NCBI RefSeq assembly: GCF_024521635.1
Contig: NW_026250421.1
Span: forward strand, 434,001 to 498,000
DNA: 64,000 bases
Direction: 5' to 3'
Origin: Tricharina praecox
Taxonomy: Eukaryota
The notes under the pieces are model-generated. The model did no database searches and was not told the DNA's origin. It saw only the letters and a list, made by a program, of their open reading frames with translations. Positions 59,859 to 64,000 of this stretch are shown here, piece after piece (the first letter of the stretch is position 1; each line of letters begins with the position of its first letter). Both the position numbers and the translations under genes were made by a program.

Positions 59859-61705
59859 CCAACCCTTTGCCCGCCGGTTACGAGCCCGCACAGAGTATCA
59901 CTCGGACATGTGGCTTGATCAAGTGCTCGTTTTTCGCGAAGCTGCGGTGGAGGTTCCCACCAGGGGAGAAGGAGGTAGTTACTATACCCAATGCTCCGTT
60001 GAAAGCAGGAATTGGTGGTATTGATGGTCTTTTCCCTTGCAAGGAGACATCGCCGGCAGAAAGGGTGGCAGCGGCTGAGGAGGCAACAGTTGTGACTAGC
60101 AAATAGGAGTAGCGGTGGGTCACCGCATTGAGCTGGTTATCTGGGCTGCAGATAGGATTTAGAACTTGTACTCGGCATAGGCCAGATAGGTTGCAGGAAA
60201 TATGAAGACCTAAGGGAGCTGCGGTATGAAGCTGTTTGCAATTCTGGCTTTTAGCAAGGCCGGGTGTGCGCTACGTAGCCTAGGTAGAGTACACGGTTAT
60301 GTTGGTGAGGCGGGGTCTTGATGGAGTACAGCAATTCACGGTATCAGTTTGATCATGATACAGGTAAAGAGCCACGAGTCCAGGGGTTTCTCAATGAAGC
60401 TCCCATGTCTTGAAAGCAGTAACTATTCCAAAAAAACCAAAGTACATTGCCATCTATTTCCAGCCCGCTTTAATATCCTCGGGCAGCCCAAACTGAGAAC
60501 TCTTTTGCATCTCGTAGACACTAAGCGCACTCTGGCGCTTTTGTGTCACGACCGCAAACCTCCCTCCCCTCACCACCATAACCGTCCGCAGCATCTCCAG
60601 TGCTCTCACCAGCTTCTGGAGCTTCTCGGTATTGGTGAGCTCCCACTTCTCGAGCCACCCGGTCTTCTCGACATCCCGCTGCTCGACCTCGACGATATTC
60701 CCGCCACCCTCGTGGTACCCAATGATGAGGATCGGCGTGCGCGAGAACCACAGCTGCTCGGCCTGCCTGATATACCTCTTCCCCTTGGCCTTGGACTTGA
60801 GCTCGACGATGCTCTCCTCCGGCACCAAGACTCCTCCAGGCACGATGCGGACTCCGGTGGGCGTCACGGGCACCTCTCGGGGCGGCTCCAGCTCCACCTC
60901 CTCTGCGGCGGCCTCCTCCTCCCCAATGCACGCATCGACCTCGAAGCGCACCAGCAACCTCAGCCCGCCAAGCGTATACCCTACCGCACGACAATGCATC
61001 ACACTCTCCCGGGAGCACTCTTGTCTCCTGGTGAACCTCCGCTCAAGACTCTTGCCATACCCATCACTCGCGGAGCCCCAGAACCTTGCCTGCCCCGACA
61101 GCAACAGGGTATTCGCGACCACCTCGGCGTTGATCTGGAAATCGGCCGCGTCGCTGCCCAGGAACGCCAGCAGCTCGCGCAGCGAGTGGCGGTCCGTGAT
61201 GATGTCGAAGGACCGCAGAGAAAGCGTGGGGCGAGTGATTGGTAGTGCCCGGAAGAGAGGTTCCAGCGGGCACGTCGGGAAATTGAGACGTGCGGGCTGC
61301 CGTGGGTGGGTGGGATCTTCGTCCTTATCCGCTGGGATTCGGATGGGCAAAGGCGGTGGTGACCAGATGGGTGGGCAACCTGTGGAGCTGTTAGTTGGGG
61401 TGCTGAGTGCTCGAGGAAGGGAGGTACTACATACCCGGGACGACGAGGGTGTTCCGCCAGTTAGACAGGATGTCGTATGAGGTGAGAACCTCTGCCTCCC
61501 GCTGTGAAATGTCGCAGCCCGGATCGTGGTGGATGGACTTGCGCTCGATTACGGCGATGCGCTTGCCCATGCCCGCTCGTCCGGATGGCCTGACCATATC
61601 GAATAGTAGCCGTAAGGTATATAATATCCAGGTTCGAAGAATATAATTGGGCTGGATAAGACGGAAGAAGGGGGTTTCGTCGGCGTAGGTATCTGGGAAA
61701 TGTGA
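59859..61705 (-). repeat. RAI1/DXO-like repeat unit copy D (full-length coding core)
   Basis: Shares the 3' module (CCTTTGCCCGCCGG...TATCACTCGG...GTGCTCGTTTT) and about 110 bp upstream of the ATG with other copies. Has about 250 bp (about 60052-60305) that B and C lack. Confidence 0.85.
60454..61597 (-). CDS. RAI1/DXO-superfamily (PD-(D/E)XK-fold) nuclease-like protein, 362 aa, intact
   Basis: Model complement join(61597..61435,61379..60454) with a 55-bp GTATGT...CTAAC...CAG intron and no stops. Motifs occur in DXO order: DIITDRHSLRELL, GYGKSLE, LLVRFEVD, IVELKSK, QLWFSRTPILIIGYH. Confidence 0.75.
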
Positions 61706-61751
61706 AGTGTGTGACGCACGCAGCTGAAGTCATAGACATCGACATGGCCAC

Positions 61752-61815
61752 GGCCTTTCTAAACCGTGCAGAAGCTGGCCTTTCTAAATCGTGCAGAAGC
61801 TGGCCTTTCTAATCG
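61752..61815. repeat. 25-bp tandem repeat x2.5 upstream of the intact nuclease-like gene
   Basis: GGCCTTTCTAAAYCGTGCAGAAGCT at 61752 and 61777, partial copy at 61802. Confidence 0.85.
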
Positions 61816-62925
61816 TTCAAAAGTTGGTCAGTCTAGTCAATCTAGTCGTCCAGAAGTTGCACATTTCTATGCTGCGAACAATCGATCCGCTGAAGGTTGT
61901 TGGTTGAGGATAGGTGCACTGGTGAAGCGTGCATTCCGGTGAAACCCGCTGTCGGCTTATCTGTGGATTGTGACGGGAGTCATCGCCGGCGAAGGCGGGC
62001 GGAGGTTTGTAGGTTTGTAGGTTTGAATCTGAAGAATTCTCCATAGCTATTGTCCGACCTGTTTGGGCGGCGGAGCGCAGAGATAAAGCCAGGATGCATT
62101 GTTTGACACGGCATTATATCCCGTTAATCGGTCCTGATGGAAACCCATTAATCGGTCCCGATGGCAACCGTAGATACTCTACTGAGAAGATCATATACTA
62201 GTAGATTGAGATGATTACAGCAATGCAAGTATTCCCACGAGTTTCATTCCGCAATAGCAGTCTTTGAAGTTGATATATCCTTTGTTGGTTTAAAAACAGG
62301 TGGAGCAGAACTGATCCGAACCACCGCTGGTGATTGCGATTGTGACGTTGTCTCACAGTTAACCTCCGGACCTTTGACGGCGAGAAGGCGTTGTTTTCTT
62401 ACTCGGCCAGATTAGGCACTGGGCGGAATGCTCGGACTTCATACGCATGTGTGATACTTATTGCGGGTCGATGAATCGCAAGAGGGTGACAAAGGAGGCA
62501 GTCCGGCACGAACAGGAGATCGAAATTAACCTACTGCTACAGACACAACCCGTAGCGATTAAGAGGACGTACTTCTGAGTCTGAAATTTAGATCCTGCCG
62601 CTCACTCCACTTAGTCGTTCATAATCCTTCTACCGATCTAAGTACATACTAGCGAATCCATAGTGAAGCTGTATTCCATCGTTATAAACGGTCGAGTACG
62701 GTAGTGCCCACATCTCTAATCGATTGCGTCCAGGGCTATTGTGCAGCCTCGCAGATCTATTTATGTTATTCGTTCAAACATGAAAGACGTCGCACCAGAT
62801 CCATAATCGATTCAGAGCACACGGCTTGCCACTATTCGCTCGCTCGATCAACGCAGCCATCCAGTGTTGTATCGTCAGATCTTATCCATCGCGGTAGCCC
62901 GGGCATCCACCACTGCATAAACATC

Positions 62926-63235
62926 GAATTCATGTCTCCAGCACGGAAAAAACCCGCGAGGTCTAGGACACGACTACTAGACCACGCAATCGGCGAGAGT
63001 AGCTGATGGAAAATTCCCGGTCAAACCCGGGTCAAAGACCTTCGTATTCGGTCAGCTCTTGGAATTTCCATTTGGAGCCACCCACTGCGTACCGGAGGTG
63101 GTAACGGTTTTTGGTTTTGGTTTTGGTTTTGTTTGCGGCGTGACGGGAGGAGGGAGGGAGCACTAGTCGTGCGGATATCACTCAGTTGAGTTATCACGTG
63201 ACAAGTCTTGCGCTGCTGGCTGTGGAGGCGAGAAT
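62926..63235 (+). repeat. tRNA-related SINE-like dispersed repeat, copy 2
   Basis: Colinear with 640-900. The hairpins are retained, the A and B boxes are degenerate, and there is a (TTTTGG)n run. Confidence 0.6.
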
Positions 63236-63451
63236 CCTTCGTGATAAACGTGGTGGTATTCTTAAATACATACCAACGGCCACAGGTTACAGGTGAGATG
63301 TGCGGATGAAACAGAGCCGGCACTCCAGTCAGAGGGTTGGAGTGCATGTTTTCTCAACCTCCGGTGCGCGTCCGAGACGTTGTGGCGGAGTGATTGAGGA
63401 ACTATCGGCGAGAGCCTGGAGGAGGAAGTGAGTGAGGACTCACCACTCAGG

Positions 63452-63480
63452 CTGTCGGCGGGAGGAAACTAATGTGGTTA
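63452..63480 (+). repeat. Fragment of the (CTT)n-tailed repeat family
   Basis: CTGTCGGCGGGAGGAAACTAATGTGGTTA matches 33224-33252 and the reverse complement of 1033-1058. Confidence 0.55.
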
Positions 63481-64000
63481 CCTAGATGCTCGAAGAGAGT
63501 GCTGGAGAGAAATTGCATTTACTGCTAGCTGGTTCAGCCAGCCAACTACGCTGGCGCGGTGTGATCTGCTGCTTGGTAGGTAGCAGGTACTCGAAATTGG
63601 AAACTGGAAAGCCTCGAATACCGTAGTTGTATCTACCATCAAGACCTACTACTCTACATAGCAGTGCTTTATTCGCTCACAATCCGCGCACCATCATGGA
63701 TGGTAGCGTCGCTCCCACCAGCAACATTAACGACGGTGATCTGGCGCGCGGATAATGCTACCGGTAGTTAGTAGTACCCTTCCGCGCGGCAAAGAAGCAC
63801 ACGACACCACGTGCTCTCCAAAGTTCGGTATCGAAGCACTTCCACCGCCCGCCGCGTTACCGGCACTAGCAGGACCCGATACCGATAGACCTGTATGGCG
63901 CATCGATACGTTAGATTCGGTCGATCGAGACCAGTTCCTGCCCATGTTTGCCCGGGCGCCCGGGTTCTTGGGGGCCCGGGTGCCGGCGTGTAACGTGAAG

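Noticed and set aside
60349..61480. Long antisense ORFs over the nuclease-like gene (60349..61245, 60632..61480; also 24913..25503 and 57609..58298) as a possible overlapping antidote
   Set aside because: GC3-rich coding strands commonly leave stop-free antisense frames. The peptides have no recognisable motifs and simply mirror the sense gene.
60454..61597. Prenyltransferase (GGPP synthase) annotation
   Set aside because: No DDxxD motifs are present, and the motif order fits the DXO/Rai1 fold instead.
62998..63045. Hammerhead ribozyme in the SINE-like repeat (CTGATG...stem...GAAA)
   Set aside because: Neither copy has both core elements with correct spacing.

Overview
This is eukaryotic fungal DNA: about 50-55% GC by eye, with short GT-AG introns carrying CTAAC/CTGAC branch points. 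The style suggests a filamentous ascomycete, possibly Pezizomycetes, but that is inference. The left arm (1.8-23.9 kb) is a housekeeping block: TRM732/THADA-like, a GPI-anchored protein, an RDEL-terminated SHE10-like ER protein, the SSM4/DOA10 E3 ligase and tRNA-Thr(AGT). The rest is more accessory: a NACHT-ankyrin NLR pseudogene, LINE and BED-finger relics, a siderophore MFS transporter with SreA-type sites, a (QQQHV)10 protein, a PY-motif membrane protein, an RRM protein and a Ser/Pro-rich protein. The most unusual feature is a dispersed, intron-retaining repeat unit of about 2-2.4 kb, found five times (9.5, 24.4, 39.9, 56.7 and 59.9 kb). It carries a gene with RAI1/DXO-like PD-(D/E)XK nuclease motifs. 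One copy is intact (60454-61597), three are internally deleted and one is a solo 5' module. The copies show a sharp shared 5' boundary, head-to-tail or permuted junctions and mosaic ancestry, and I found no transposase. All exon models and alignments were made by eye, and no database searches were run.
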